20,000 nt of DNA from an uncultured virus (IMG/VR IMGVR_UViG_3300031525_000002) (lineage: Duplodnaviria > Heunggongvirae > Uroviricota > Caudoviricetes), in the IMG/VR virus record IMGVR_UViG_3300031525_000002. The stretch is one strand, 5' to 3'. The position numbers and the translations under genes were made by a program. How positions within the stretch are numbered: position 1 is the first letter of the stretch; each line of letters begins with the position of its first letter. The notes below the pieces were generated by a model. It was not told the DNA's origin. It did no database searches and saw nothing but the letters and a program-made list of their open reading frames with translations. Of the stretch, positions 1 through 8,829 are shown one piece after another.

Positions 1-120
1 AGGTCGTGAGCGGGACGGACCGAGGGACGCTATCCGGGGGCGGCAAGTTCGGACCGACCACCATCACACCGTCTGGATGGCGAAGATGATGCGCCCGGAT
101 GAAGGAAGGAGGACCGAACG

Positions 121-306
121 ATGACGAAAGCCATGGAAGCCTACGCGTGCATGCAACGACTGCGGGCCCTGCACTCCGAGGTATGCAGCGAGCAACAACG
201 TCTGGCGGATCTGCGACGTGAGATGGGGCACCCCACCGACGAGCAGATCGAGCGCGCAGTGGAGATGAAGAAGACGATTGTGCGCGGCTGCACTCAGAAC
301 CCGTGA
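121..306 (+). CDS. small hypothetical protein (61 aa)
   Basis: ATG preceded by strong SD (GGAAGGAGG); helical charged sequence. Confidence 0.6.
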   Translation: MTKAMEAYACMQRLRALHSEVCSEQQRLADLRREMGHPTDEQIERAVEMKKTIVRGCTQNP

Positions 307-345
307 GCGAGCCGTGCGCCCGGAGCAAACCAAGATGAGGAGGAC

Positions 346-555
346 GTGATGACCGATGTGCAGAAGAAGGTGATCCGCGACAACGCGCAGGCCATCCGAG
401 ACCTCGCCTACTACCGCCTGGGCGAGTCCGGTGTGGTCGACGAGAACGTGAGGAGCGACCTCGCGCAGATCGTGGGACTCGCCGACGCGGTGTTGCTGAC
501 GGTGGGCGATCCGTATTCCACGGAGCCAGTCGCGTCCCAATCGGTAGAGAAATGA
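346..555 (+). CDS. small hypothetical protein (~69 aa)
   Basis: GAGGAGG SD just upstream of GTG/ATG; co-directional with previous gene. Confidence 0.6.
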   Translation: MMTDVQKKVIRDNAQAIRDLAYYRLGESGVVDENVRSDLAQIVGLADAVLLTVGDPYSTEPVASQSVEK

Positions 556-667
556 TGCGCCCGGTCAATTCCTACAGGAGCCGACTGCTCAACAAACACC
601 CGGCGTGAGGCTGCGCCCGTTACGTGGAAGGACGAAGGATGCGGAAGGCGGTGCGTACGTCTGGCAG

Positions 668-696
668 TTGACCGGTTTTTCTGGACGTGCGACGAT
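668..696 (+). promoter_or_regulatory. putative sigma70-type promoter, leaderless start of the 703 gene
   Basis: TTGACC (668-673), 17-bp spacer, TGc-GACGAT (691-696), 6 nt before ATG 703; no SD. Confidence 0.4.
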
Positions 697-702
697 TCTG
701 GC

Positions 703-1407
703 ATGAATCCTCTACTCCTCGGCGGCGCCGCCTTGGTAGCCCTTCTCGCTCTCTCAAGCTCCTCGTCGGCCTCTGCGTCGCAAGACCAGATGGTCTTCAA
801 GGACTACATGTGGACCACGACGCTGCCGGCAACCTTGCCGATCGCGAATGGCCTCATCGAGTCCACGCTGCTTGCAGCAGCCCAGGCAGGTCAGTGGCCT
901 GCGCCGAGTCCGCTTGCAGCGGAGCTTCCTGCACCGCCCAATGCCAGCGCTACGGGTGGAAAGTGGGCGCACTACCCGTGCGGCTGGGCAAAGACGAACA
1001 GCGGTGGAGCGATGGTAGCAAGCGTGTTTCCGGGCTGCCCGGGAACCGTGGACGTGTACGCGTGGATCCCGAACTTCTCGTGGAACCCCAACAACCCTAG
1101 CGTTTTGCCGGTGACGCAGATCAACGGCTACTACGTCACGATGGCCCCCAACGTATGGTCCGACAAGGCGGACGGTTCGACAGGGCCGTCTGGACCAGGG
1201 GTTTTCTGGACAGTTGGTCAAGCAGGATGGCCGCCTCCTCCACCCGGACAGTCATCGGGCCACTGGTACATGCGCGCGCCTGGTTACTGCGTCTGGCTGA
1301 CGTCCGCCAACGCGAACACGGGTGAACTCGCGTCGTACGCGTTCAACCTCGGCACCGCCGTGCCGACCACCGCCGCCGCCCCGTCGTCGTTCCTCTCGTC
1401 TCTCTGA
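703..1407 (+). CDS. secreted or membrane-anchored Trp/Pro/Gly-rich protein (possible virion/surface protein)
   Basis: N-terminal hydrophobic stretch MNPLLLGGAALVALLAL followed by Ser-rich ASA site; beta-rich Trp/Cys body. Confidence 0.75.
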   Translation: MNPLLLGGAALVALLALSSSSSASASQDQMVFKDYMWTTTLPATLPIANGLIESTLLAAAQAGQWPAPSPLAAELPAPPNASATGGKWAHYPCGWAKTNSGGAMVASVFPGCPGTVDVYAWIPNFSWNPNNPSVLPVTQINGYYVTMAPNVWSDKADGSTGPSGPGVFWTVGQAGWPPPPPGQSSGHWYMRAPGYCVWLTSANANTGELASYAFNLGTAVPTTAAAPSSFLSSL

Positions 1408-1414
1408 GGTCACC

Positions 1415-1603
1415 ATGGCGAAGAAGCACCCGAAGGGGCATGTCGTCGCGGCGAAGGCCGTGAAGCGTCGCGCAGGCTGCATGTACTTTGTCGACGCGCA
1501 CGGCAACGTTCGCGAGACCGAGATGAAGGGCAAGCGCAAGAAGGGCCAAGGCGCTCGCAACGACCTCTGCAAGCCCGCCAAGCGGCGCAAGCGACGTCGG
1601 TGA
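1415..1603 (+). CDS. small highly basic DNA-binding protein, CC1 (crenarchaeal chromatin protein 1)-like
   Basis: GAGGT SD then MAKKHPKGH; core VKRRAGCMYFVDAHGNVRETEMK recalls the CC1 pattern KRExGYLY[YF]VDKxG[DN]V..M; Lys/Arg tail. Family call from memory. Confidence 0.6.
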   Translation: MAKKHPKGHVVAAKAVKRRAGCMYFVDAHGNVRETEMKGKRKKGQGARNDLCKPAKRRKRRR

Positions 1604-1745
1604 ACAAGGCTCGACGTCGTCGGCTGAAGCGTCAGCGACCTCGCCTCATGGTGACAACATGGTCGCCCGTGCGCGCAGAGTGGCGGCTCCGTCGCACCAG
1701 TCAGCGGCTGCCGGGGCATACGGTCGGGCCGGCGTGTAGGCCGCG

Positions 1746-2336
1746 GTGACGCGCGAGGAGTCGCAAGCATCGGCCGCTTGGCGCCCGGGCATAGGCGGCT
1801 ACTCGGTCGACATCCTCCCGTGGATCGACGCCATCGCCCCGACGAGGCCGAAGCCGCTGGCGCTGGTCGAAATTGGGGTGCTGTACGGCAGATCGATCCT
1901 CTACTGGGCCGAACGCCTCCGCCAACTCGGCCACGGCGCCGACACGCGCCTCGTGGGCGTCGACATGCCCGTCCTCGACCCAGACGGCCATGCGGTGCTC
2001 AAGCGCAACCTGGAGGAGACGAGGAGCGCGTGGGAGCCCGTGACGGTCGAGCTCGACCTCCGGCCCAGCGTGGAGGCGGCAGCGAGTTATGCGGACGGGT
2101 CGTTCGACATCGCTTTCATCGACGGCTCGCATAAGGAAGCCGATGTCCGAGCCGACATCGAGGCGTGGAGGCGGAAGGTCCGCGCGGGCGGCATTCTTGC
2201 GGGCCACGACTACGGCTGGCGGAGCGGTGACCATGCGGGCGTCAAGATTGCCGTCGACGCGCTTCTCGGGCCGGTGGAGCACCGCGACAGCGTCTGGTGG
2301 CAAATCGTCACGCGGGAACCCATCGCCCGTCCGTGA
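1746..2336 (+). CDS. class I SAM-dependent methyltransferase (Methyltransf_24-like)
   Basis: Motif I VEIGVLYGRS; FIDGSH; DIEAWRRKVRAGGILAGHDY. Confidence 0.88.
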   Translation: MTREESQASAAWRPGIGGYSVDILPWIDAIAPTRPKPLALVEIGVLYGRSILYWAERLRQLGHGADTRLVGVDMPVLDPDGHAVLKRNLEETRSAWEPVTVELDLRPSVEAAASYADGSFDIAFIDGSHKEADVRADIEAWRRKVRAGGILAGHDYGWRSGDHAGVKIAVDALLGPVEHRDSVWWQIVTREPIARP

Positions 2337-2580
2337 GGAGTCCGTGGTGACCGCATGCACGGCACTCGAGTGAGGGTGAGAGCGAGAGCGGCGACTAGCG
2401 TACCAGATCCCAACCGTCGTCCCACGCAGGCTTGACGGAGACGCAGCCTTGGCATTCGGAGCCATCCTTCGGGTTCGGATGCCAGTAGAAGACGTGTGCG
2501 ATGACGCCGTTCATGCGACGCACCTCGAAGCGCACGCCGAGGCCCGCGTCAACGATGGGGTCCGCAGTGCAGAGCGTCAC
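2308..2580 (-). pseudogene. DUF6527-like Cys/His protein interrupted by an in-frame TAG (2395-2397)
   Basis: Reading through the TAG gives ...GWDLVR*SPLSLSPSLECRACGHHGLLTDGRWVPA-TGA(2308-2310), completing a PL[ST]L[ST]PS..C..C..HG...G.W motif. Confidence 0.6.
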
Positions 2581-2583
2581 TTG

Positions 2584-3237
2584 CTACGGTCGCACCTCCC
2601 ATACGGTGCCGTAGATCGCCACGCGATCCCCAAAGACGCGATCCACAGCGGCCTTTACACCAACATAAAGAGGGTGGCCGTAGTCGTGGCCGGAGAGGAA
2701 CCCGGCCCCCTTCTTCACTTTCGGCAGCCACGCTTCGATGTCCGCGCGCACGGAGTCTTCCCGGTGATCGCCATCGAGAAACACGAGGTCTAGCGAGTCG
2801 TCGTCGTAGAACCGGGCGGCTCCGGGGCTCGCTTCCCGAAAAATAGAGATGAGTCGGACGACATCCAGGTCGAGCTTCTCGAGATTGGCGACGAGTTGCG
2901 GGAAAGAATTCCACATGACGTTCGCCGACCCCCAGGGGGCGACCTGAGCGGGAGGATACTGGTGTCCGGCGTCCTCTTGCCCCGGATCGAATCCGTGGAC
3001 CTCTGACCGATGCTTTCCGCAGCGGACGAGTTCCTCCGCGAGGAAAATGAGCGAACGGCCGAAATAGCACCCGACCTCGATGCAATGCGCATCCTCGGGG
3101 AGGGACGGAACGATCCTACGGTAGTAAGGGAGGATGTCGCGGCTCCAGCCGACGATGTCTTGGTGCCACGCGTCGGACCACTCGAGACCGTCGACGTTGC
3201 GGAGGAGGTCGGCCAGTTGCGCCGCAATCGGATCCAT
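2584..3237 (-). CDS. class I SAM-dependent methyltransferase (Methyltransf_24-like)
   Basis: IEVGCYFGRS; FLDGDH; DIEAWLPKVKKGAGFLSGHDY; TGATG-coupled to upstream GT. Confidence 0.9.
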   Translation of the reverse strand: MDPIAAQLADLLRNVDGLEWSDAWHQDIVGWSRDILPYYRRIVPSLPEDAHCIEVGCYFGRSLIFLAEELVRCGKHRSEVHGFDPGQEDAGHQYPPAQVAPWGSANVMWNSFPQLVANLEKLDLDVVRLISIFREASPGAARFYDDDSLDLVFLDGDHREDSVRADIEAWLPKVKKGAGFLSGHDYGHPLYVGVKAAVDRVFGDRVAIYGTVWEVRP

Positions 3238-3860
3238 CAGACGAACTTTCCATAAATATCGGCCCTCGTCAGCACGGCCTGCGTGTTGCCCCAGTGGTGA
3301 CGACCGAAGATGGGAGCGTCACCTGGCGCCGGCGTGCCCGTGTAGTGCTCGGGTAGGAAGTGCCGAGCCGGAAACACGTGGGTCTCGCGATGGTGCTTCC
3401 CTATGCGCGTGAGGAAGGCCGGGCCCACGCACTCCCACGCTGCCACTTTCAGGTTGCAGGTCGGCACGCGGTTCACGAGCTCGTTGAAGAGGCGCGAGCC
3501 AGGCCGAGCCCCGAGGACCGTCGTGGCCATCATACCTGGGCGGCACGTCTCGTTTTCCCAGCAACACCAAGACTCGTGTTCCAGAAATCTCTGGTCGAGC
3601 GCGTCGAGCGGCTGCAGACACTCCTCGTCGGCGTCAACGTAAACGCCGCCATGCTTCGCGAGGAGTTCGAACCGCATGATGTCGGCCTTGCCGTTGAGCT
3701 CGGGCATCAGGTCGATCTGACGCTGGTTGCGCCATCCACGGTCGGAGATGTGCAGGCGGAACTCCCACTTCGGATTGAGCGCAGCCCACGTATCGAGTAG
3801 CTTGCGCGGAGCGGGCTTGGGACCGATCCAAATGGCGTGGATGATGCGAGGGAATTCCAC
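3237..3860 (-). CDS. DXD glycosyltransferase (GT32/OCH1-like, Gly_transf_sug)
   Basis: FPRIIHAIWIG, KADIMRFELLAKHGGVYVDAD, GPAFLT, HHWG; start re-set to GTG 3860 because the longer ORF overlaps the divergent GT2. Confidence 0.88.
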   Translation of the reverse strand: MEFPRIIHAIWIGPKPAPRKLLDTWAALNPKWEFRLHISDRGWRNQRQIDLMPELNGKADIMRFELLAKHGGVYVDADEECLQPLDALDQRFLEHESWCCWENETCRPGMMATTVLGARPGSRLFNELVNRVPTCNLKVAAWECVGPAFLTRIGKHHRETHVFPARHFLPEHYTGTPAPGDAPIFGRHHWGNTQAVLTRADIYGKFV

Positions 3861-3875
3861 TGTGTCGAGCGTATC

Positions 3876-4661
3876 ATGACCGTCGCCATCAGCGTGATAG
3901 TGCCATCGATGGGGCAGGCGAAGTACCTCCCCGAGGCGCTTGCGAGCATCCGTGGGCAAACTTTCGCCGGTGATGTGGAGGTCGTCGTCGCCGCTGGCAC
4001 GGAGGCGGAAGCGAGTCTCGCGCGTGCGCTGGGCGTCGTCGCAGTGGTGGACGGTTGCGACCGAGGCCCGGGTGACGCACGGAATCGGGCCATCGATGTG
4101 GCCACGGGCCCGTACATTCTGCCGCTCGACGCCGACGACGTGCTCGAGCCGATGTGCCTTGAGCTCTTCATGAGTCACGCGGACGACAACACCATCGTCT
4201 CGTCCTCGACGAAGTCGTTCGGGATACGCAACTCCGTGTGGGTCCTGCCGCCCTTTGACAAGGTCCTCGAGATGAACCCGCTCAGTACGGCGTCGCTCTT
4301 CCCGCGGAAGATGTGGGAACAGGTTGGCGGGTTCGACGTGGGGCTCGGGTACGAGGATTGGGACTTCTGGGTGAAATGCAGCAAGCTACAGCCGCAGGTC
4401 GTGCAACTCCGGGAAACGCTCCTTCGCTACCGCGTGCACAGCGAGAGTGCGATGGCGCGCATCGACGCGGAGCGGCTCGATCCGCTGTATCGAGCGATGC
4501 TGCGACTGCGTCACCCGGACTGCTATGCGGGCAATGAGCCGCGAGACCAGGAGACGGTCGCGAGAATGTCGCCCCAAGTCTATCGTCGCCTCATCGAGCG
4601 TCTCCGTGCTTTCCCGGACAATGCTGCGCTGCTAGCCTTCAAGGCCATGGTGTTCTCGTGA
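3876..4661 (+). CDS. family 2 glycosyltransferase (GT-A)
   Basis: MTVAISVIVPS, ARNRAI, YILPLDADD, VGGFD, YEDWDFW, YRVH. Confidence 0.92.
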   Translation: MTVAISVIVPSMGQAKYLPEALASIRGQTFAGDVEVVVAAGTEAEASLARALGVVAVVDGCDRGPGDARNRAIDVATGPYILPLDADDVLEPMCLELFMSHADDNTIVSSSTKSFGIRNSVWVLPPFDKVLEMNPLSTASLFPRKMWEQVGGFDVGLGYEDWDFWVKCSKLQPQVVQLRETLLRYRVHSESAMARIDAERLDPLYRAMLRLRHPDCYAGNEPRDQETVARMSPQVYRRLIERLRAFPDNAALLAFKAMVFS

Positions 4662-5260
4662 GACCCGACGCGCCTGAAGAGATCGTGGCGAAGCGCATCC
4701 CGCCGAGCGGCGACAGCGACTGGCACCCGGAGATTCTCGGGTGGTCGGGCGGCATCCACGAGTTCTACGGGAAGATGGCGGTCGAGTTCGCGTCGGACGC
4801 GAAGTTCGTGGAGCTCGGGGTCTACAAGGGGCGGGGCATCCTCTGGTTGGCGTGCAAGCTGCGCGAACTGGGCAAGCTTGACGTGCAACTCGTGGGCATC
4901 GACGATGGCGTCTACTACGACAGCCACGGCGAACTCATGCGCAACGTTGCCGCTGTGACGGACGGCTGGGGCGAGCGGCCCGCCGTGGAGATACGCAGGA
5001 TGCGCGGGCGCGACGCCGCCCCCAGCTACCCCAACGGGTCGCTCGACTGCGTGTTCATCGATGCCGACCACTCGGCGGACGCGGTCTACCAGGACATCGT
5101 CACGTGGCTGCCGAAGGTGAAGCAAGGAGGGGTGCTCGCCGGACATGACTACGCACACGTCGACTGCCCAGGCGTGAAGGTGGGCGTCGATCGCTTCTTC
5201 GGCCAGGGGCGCGTCACGCTGGACCCGGACACGATTTGGCGGGTGCGGGTCGGCGCGTGA
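4658..5260 (+). CDS. class I SAM-dependent methyltransferase (Methyltransf_24-like)
   Basis: VELGVYKGRG; FIDADH; DIVTWLPKVKQGGVLAGHDY; GTGA overlap with GT2 stop. Confidence 0.9.
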   Translation: MRPDAPEEIVAKRIPPSGDSDWHPEILGWSGGIHEFYGKMAVEFASDAKFVELGVYKGRGILWLACKLRELGKLDVQLVGIDDGVYYDSHGELMRNVAAVTDGWGERPAVEIRRMRGRDAAPSYPNGSLDCVFIDADHSADAVYQDIVTWLPKVKQGGVLAGHDYAHVDCPGVKVGVDRFFGQGRVTLDPDTIWRVRVGA

Positions 5261-5448
5261 GCAAGTCGTGCGATACGTGCCTCTCGTTCCTGCACGACAC
5301 CGCGCAACACGACGGGCTCTGTAAGGAACCGATGACGTACAGGTGCTCGGCGGGCGCAGCGTGCATCTTCCACGAGCACAATGCCGCATGCGATAGACCG
5401 CGCGAGCACGAAGGGGCGCACGACTGCATGGAAAGCTACGTGATGTGA
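5257..5448 (+). CDS. small Cys/His-rich putative Zn-binding protein (63 aa)
   Basis: GTGA overlap with MTase stop; CDTC...C...C...C...CDRPREHEGAH. Confidence 0.55.
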   Translation: MSKSCDTCLSFLHDTAQHDGLCKEPMTYRCSAGAACIFHEHNAACDRPREHEGAHDCMESYVM

Positions 5449-5588
5449 TGCCCGAAGGGCCGTACCGAACGTCACCACGAGGCCCCGTACGCGTCATGTC
5501 GTGCGATCCTCCGTGCGACTGGTCGCCGAAAGATTGGACTGCGGCGGGACGCGCATGCTTCGCATCAGGCCCACGGACGACACGCTCG

Positions 5589-5786
5589 TCATCGTGGCTG
5601 GAATTGCCCATCTGGAGTCGTGCCCGACGGTGCCTCGCGGCACCTGAGCTCGCTCTCCAGCCACTCGCTCGGGTACGGCGAGCACTGGTGGCAGAGCATG
5701 TGTCGCAGCTGCTCGACGGTGAAGGTGTGGAGGTCGTGCGGTCGCACGCCCGTCGCCCAGATTGCGGTGGCTTCGGCGCGCGTCAT
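5589..5786 (-). CDS. small hypothetical protein (65 aa)
   Basis: ATGA overlap with stop of the 5783 gene; MTRAEATAIWATG... Confidence 0.5.
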   Translation of the reverse strand: MTRAEATAIWATGVRPHDLHTFTVEQLRHMLCHQCSPYPSEWLESELRCREAPSGTTPDGQFQPR

Positions 5787-6073
5787 GACGCCCACTCCGA
5801 GCCGACGAGGCGGCCGTCGCGAATCGCGCAGGCTTCCTCGTGGCGGTGGATGAACTCGCGTCCTTCAGGCGTGACTACGTACGCGAGCACGGGGCGACGC
5901 CCGAAGACGTTCTCGGTGTCGCCGAAGCGCGAGGGGCGAAGGTAGCCCAGCCGGAGCAGCTTGCTGATGGCGGCCCGGTCGAGCCGGTCGTGGTCATGCG
6001 GGTTGGGCATGTCATCGAAGTCGGCGAGGATGTCGTACAGGACGGAGGCGGAGAGGCGGTGCGGCTTGCTCAT
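5783..6073 (-). CDS. hypothetical protein, possible winged helix (96 aa)
   Basis: MSKPHRL start at 6073; AAISKLLRLGYLR...YVVTPEGREF resembles the wHTH recognition helix/wing and TxxG pattern. Confidence 0.6.
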   Translation of the reverse strand: MSKPHRLSASVLYDILADFDDMPNPHDHDRLDRAAISKLLRLGYLRPSRFGDTENVFGRRPVLAYVVTPEGREFIHRHEEACAIRDGRLVGSEWAS

Positions 6074-6114
6074 ATGAGAAAGACGCGGGGGGAGGCGGGT
6101 TCTGACAGAGACGA

Positions 6115-6990
6115 TCAGAATGCCCGATGCCGCTCCCAGAACGCCCTGTCGAGCATCGCCCCCCGCGTCCCGCTGAAGCTGGTGGCGCCCACGTGCTCGA
6201 GCGGCGCCCCTTCGCCAAGGTAGAGGTGCAGGCGGCCGCCCATCGCGCGCCACCGGTCACAGAAGGCCACGTCCTCCATGGTGAACACGCGTCGCTCGAG
6301 GCCCGTGTGAAAGAGGCCGACGTGCTCTTCATGTACCGGCTTGCCGTCGTCGTCGAGCCAGTCCTTGTCGTACCGGAGCGAATCCTTGTAGTGGGCCGTC
6401 ATCTTCTCGAAGACCTCGCGCTTGATGAGCGCGAACCCGAAGGGGACGTGACGCGGCATCTCCGCGATTCCGTCGGCGCCGACCTCCCCGAGGACCTCGC
6501 AGCGGAAGTCGGGCACGTACCGAACGGTGTAGCCGCGTAGGATCTCACCGAGTTCCTCGGCGGTGACCTCGGGGTGCTCGCGCAGGTGCTCGATGGCCTT
6601 CTGCGCCCCTTGGACCCAGTGTCGTGACTTCTGGATGTACGGGACGGCGATGATCGGCTTATCGGCCTTGAGGAGGCGCGTGAGCAGAGGCGCGATCTGG
6701 CCGGAGGTCGTCGGCTTCACGTCCGAATCCCATAGGAGCGCGTGCGTGTACTGCCGCGGGTGCGCCAAGAAGAGGCGAACCAGGTTGTTGCGCGCGTGCT
6801 CGATGCAGTTGGGGTACGGCTGCGGGTCGAGCTCGACCGAGCCCCCGTCCCACGACTTGTCGTCGCAGATCACGTCGAGTTGCTTGCCGAGTTGGTAGAG
6901 GGTACCGGCGATGGCGCGGCTGAGGCCGGCGGCTTCGCTGTCACCGTATAACGGCAGAAGCGCGCAAATTCGGAAGTTGGCCATCGTCAC
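6115..6990 (-). CDS. GT-A fold glycosyltransferase-like protein (phage-type)
   Basis: ARNNLVRLFL, ALLWDSDV (DxD), FGFALIKREVFEKM, EDVAFCDRWRAMGG, LEHVG. Confidence 0.8.
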   Translation of the reverse strand: MTMANFRICALLPLYGDSEAAGLSRAIAGTLYQLGKQLDVICDDKSWDGGSVELDPQPYPNCIEHARNNLVRLFLAHPRQYTHALLWDSDVKPTTSGQIAPLLTRLLKADKPIIAVPYIQKSRHWVQGAQKAIEHLREHPEVTAEELGEILRGYTVRYVPDFRCEVLGEVGADGIAEMPRHVPFGFALIKREVFEKMTAHYKDSLRYDKDWLDDDGKPVHEEHVGLFHTGLERRVFTMEDVAFCDRWRAMGGRLHLYLGEGAPLEHVGATSFSGTRGAMLDRAFWERHRAF

Positions 6991-7602
6991 TCACCCCGAC
7001 CTCGCCTTGAACGCCTCCCGAGCGGCCGTATGCCCCCCGAGCGACTGGATGCGGGTGAAGTCGTCAGATCCCGCTCCGTACTTCCGAATGAACGCGAACC
7101 ATGGCGCGTCCGCTACGCGGCGCTCCTCGTCACGCGCGCGACGCTCGGCCGCCTCACGATCCCGAGTCGCCTCGCGCTTCTCTGCGCTCGCCTTACGCTT
7201 CGCCTCGAGCCCGGAGACCGCCTCCGACGAGAAGCTCGCCTCGCCCGGATCGAACATGCGCCCGTGGTTCTTCCCCGAGCACTGGCACTCGCAGGTAAAG
7301 CCGGTCGATGACGTGCACTTCGCGGAGCACACCTCCTTCGCGCTGTACCGCCCACGGATCTCGGTGGCCCGGCGTGGCTTGTGGCACTGGCGGCAGTCGA
7401 TGACGAAGGCCCCCTCGACGTTGAGGTGCGGCGCGCCCTTCGGCTGCGCGTAGACGTAGACGTTGCTGCCCTGAGGCGCACGGCGCGCCTCGTCGGCGCT
7501 CGAGGTGCGGCTCGTGGCGATGCCACACGCCTTGCACTTGGCGATCCAGCGGCAGCGCTTGAGGAGGACCGGGCCGGGTAAGGTGGTACCGATGAGGCTC
7601 AT
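6991..7602 (-). CDS. MSLIG-tagged Cys-rich Zn-binding protein (array gene 17)
   Basis: Starts MSLIG; CKAC, CRQC, CSAKC..G..CECQCSGKNHG; charged helical C-terminal part. Confidence 0.8.
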   Translation of the reverse strand: MSLIGTTLPGPVLLKRCRWIAKCKACGIATSRTSSADEARRAPQGSNVYVYAQPKGAPHLNVEGAFVIDCRQCHKPRRATEIRGRYSAKEVCSAKCTSSTGFTCECQCSGKNHGRMFDPGEASFSSEAVSGLEAKRKASAEKREATRDREAAERRARDEERRVADAPWFAFIRKYGAGSDDFTRIQSLGGHTAAREAFKARSG

Positions 7603-7832
7603 CGCTGCACCGGTGCGGCCTTGATGACCTTGCCTCCTCGCCGGTACGTCTCCTGCTGAATCGCAACGATGGCACTGCGAGGTGCGAAGACGCGGACGTA
7701 GAGGAACGGGCGCTTCGGTTCACCCGTCTGGTACCCTTGACGCTCACACCACTCGCGGAACGCCTCCGCTTCGTACGTGGCGCCGAATTCGCTCAGGCAG
7801 TGCCACGGGCGGTCCATGAGGCCACCGTTCAT
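7599..7832 (-). CDS. hypothetical protein (array gene 16), starts MNGGLMD
   Basis: ATGA overlaps at both ends. Confidence 0.7.
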   Translation of the reverse strand: MNGGLMDRPWHCLSEFGATYEAEAFREWCERQGYQTGEPKRPFLYVRVFAPRSAIVAIQQETYRRGGKVIKAAPVQR

Positions 7833-8467
7833 CGGGACACCACGTCGCGCTTCGCGCGCCCCAGAGGGTCCCGCTCGGACGTGGGGTACGTGAACACGCG
7901 GTGGGGTCGGTCGGAACTCTGCTCGGCCGCATAGGCGCGCGCCTTGGCGAGGTCCTTCGCGTCACCCCGGTTCTTCCACATCGCCGCCCGTGGCACGCGG
8001 ACCGTCTTGAAGGTCGGCAGGCGCCACGTGGACCCCTCGCGCTCGACCTGCTGCTCCTCGGTCGTCCACGCGAGGACGATCTTCATCTTCGCTGGCTCTA
8101 GCGGCTCGCGCGCCTCACGCTTCTCCTCGGCCTCGATGAACGCCTCGCGCGCCATCTGCTCGCGGTGCTCGCTGGCGTCAGGCGTCCGCACGCGTGGAGC
8201 CCGAGGCGCCGTCGGCGCCGCCTCGCGCTCGTTGAGTACCCGGACCGCCCACGCGCACGCCGACGCTGCTGTGGAGCCGTACGGACCCGCTGCGTGCTCA
8301 ATCCACCTGCGCTTGCCGGTCCGCTCGACCGAGCCCATGAAGACGCCCGACTGCTCGACGCGCCATGACCGCTTGCAGACCGGAGACGCGCCTCGGTCGG
8401 GGATGAGCGTCAGGATGCCGTGCGTGATCGTCTCACGCGGGTCGGGCTTGCGTCCGATGAGGCTCAT
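7829..8467 (-). CDS. MSLIG-tagged hypothetical protein (array gene 15)
   Basis: Starts MSLIGRKP; ATGA overlaps; shares SWxVExxGxFMGSV module with 9449..10267. Confidence 0.8.
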   Translation of the reverse strand: MSLIGRKPDPRETITHGILTLIPDRGASPVCKRSWRVEQSGVFMGSVERTGKRRWIEHAAGPYGSTAASACAWAVRVLNEREAAPTAPRAPRVRTPDASEHREQMAREAFIEAEEKREAREPLEPAKMKIVLAWTTEEQQVEREGSTWRLPTFKTVRVPRAAMWKNRGDAKDLAKARAYAAEQSSDRPHRVFTYPTSERDPLGRAKRDVVSR

Positions 8468-8829
8468 CGCACGCGCTCCTCATCCTCGGCCTTCCGGTAC
8501 TCCTCCATCTCCTTGGCGTACTCGCGCATACGACCGGCGGCGTACTCCGACCACCCATCGGCCCAAGCGTCGTGGAGGCGTCGCTTCTGCGCAGGTGTGG
8601 CCGTCACACCGGTCGGCATGTAGTCGTCGACGTCGGGCGGCGACCCCTGGTCAAGGAGCCACCGCTTGATCGCAGCAGCGGAAGGCGTCTTGCCGACCTC
8701 CTCCGCGATCTCGGCTGGACCCATGGTGTTGCCTGCGTCCTGGCGCCCGGTCGTCCGCCAGAACGGAAGCTCCTTCACGAGCTCGGTCTCCGTGAGCGTG
8801 CGCGAGGGGGGCTTGCCGATAAGGCTCAT
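8464..8829 (-). CDS. MSLIG-tagged hypothetical protein (array gene 14, 121 aa)
   Basis: Start re-set to ATG 8829 (MSLIGKPP), overlapping the upstream TGA as ATGA. Confidence 0.8.
   Translation of the reverse strand: MSLIGKPPSRTLTETELVKELPFWRTTGRQDAGNTMGPAEIAEEVGKTPSAAAIKRWLLDQGSPPDVDDYMPTGVTATPAQKRRLHDAWADGWSEYAAGRMREYAKEMEEYRKAEDEERVR

Noticed and set aside
5445..5945. Plus-strand ORF MMPEGPYRT...
   Set aside because: Start is coupled to the previous gene, but most of it overlaps two convergent genes; cannot be supported or excluded
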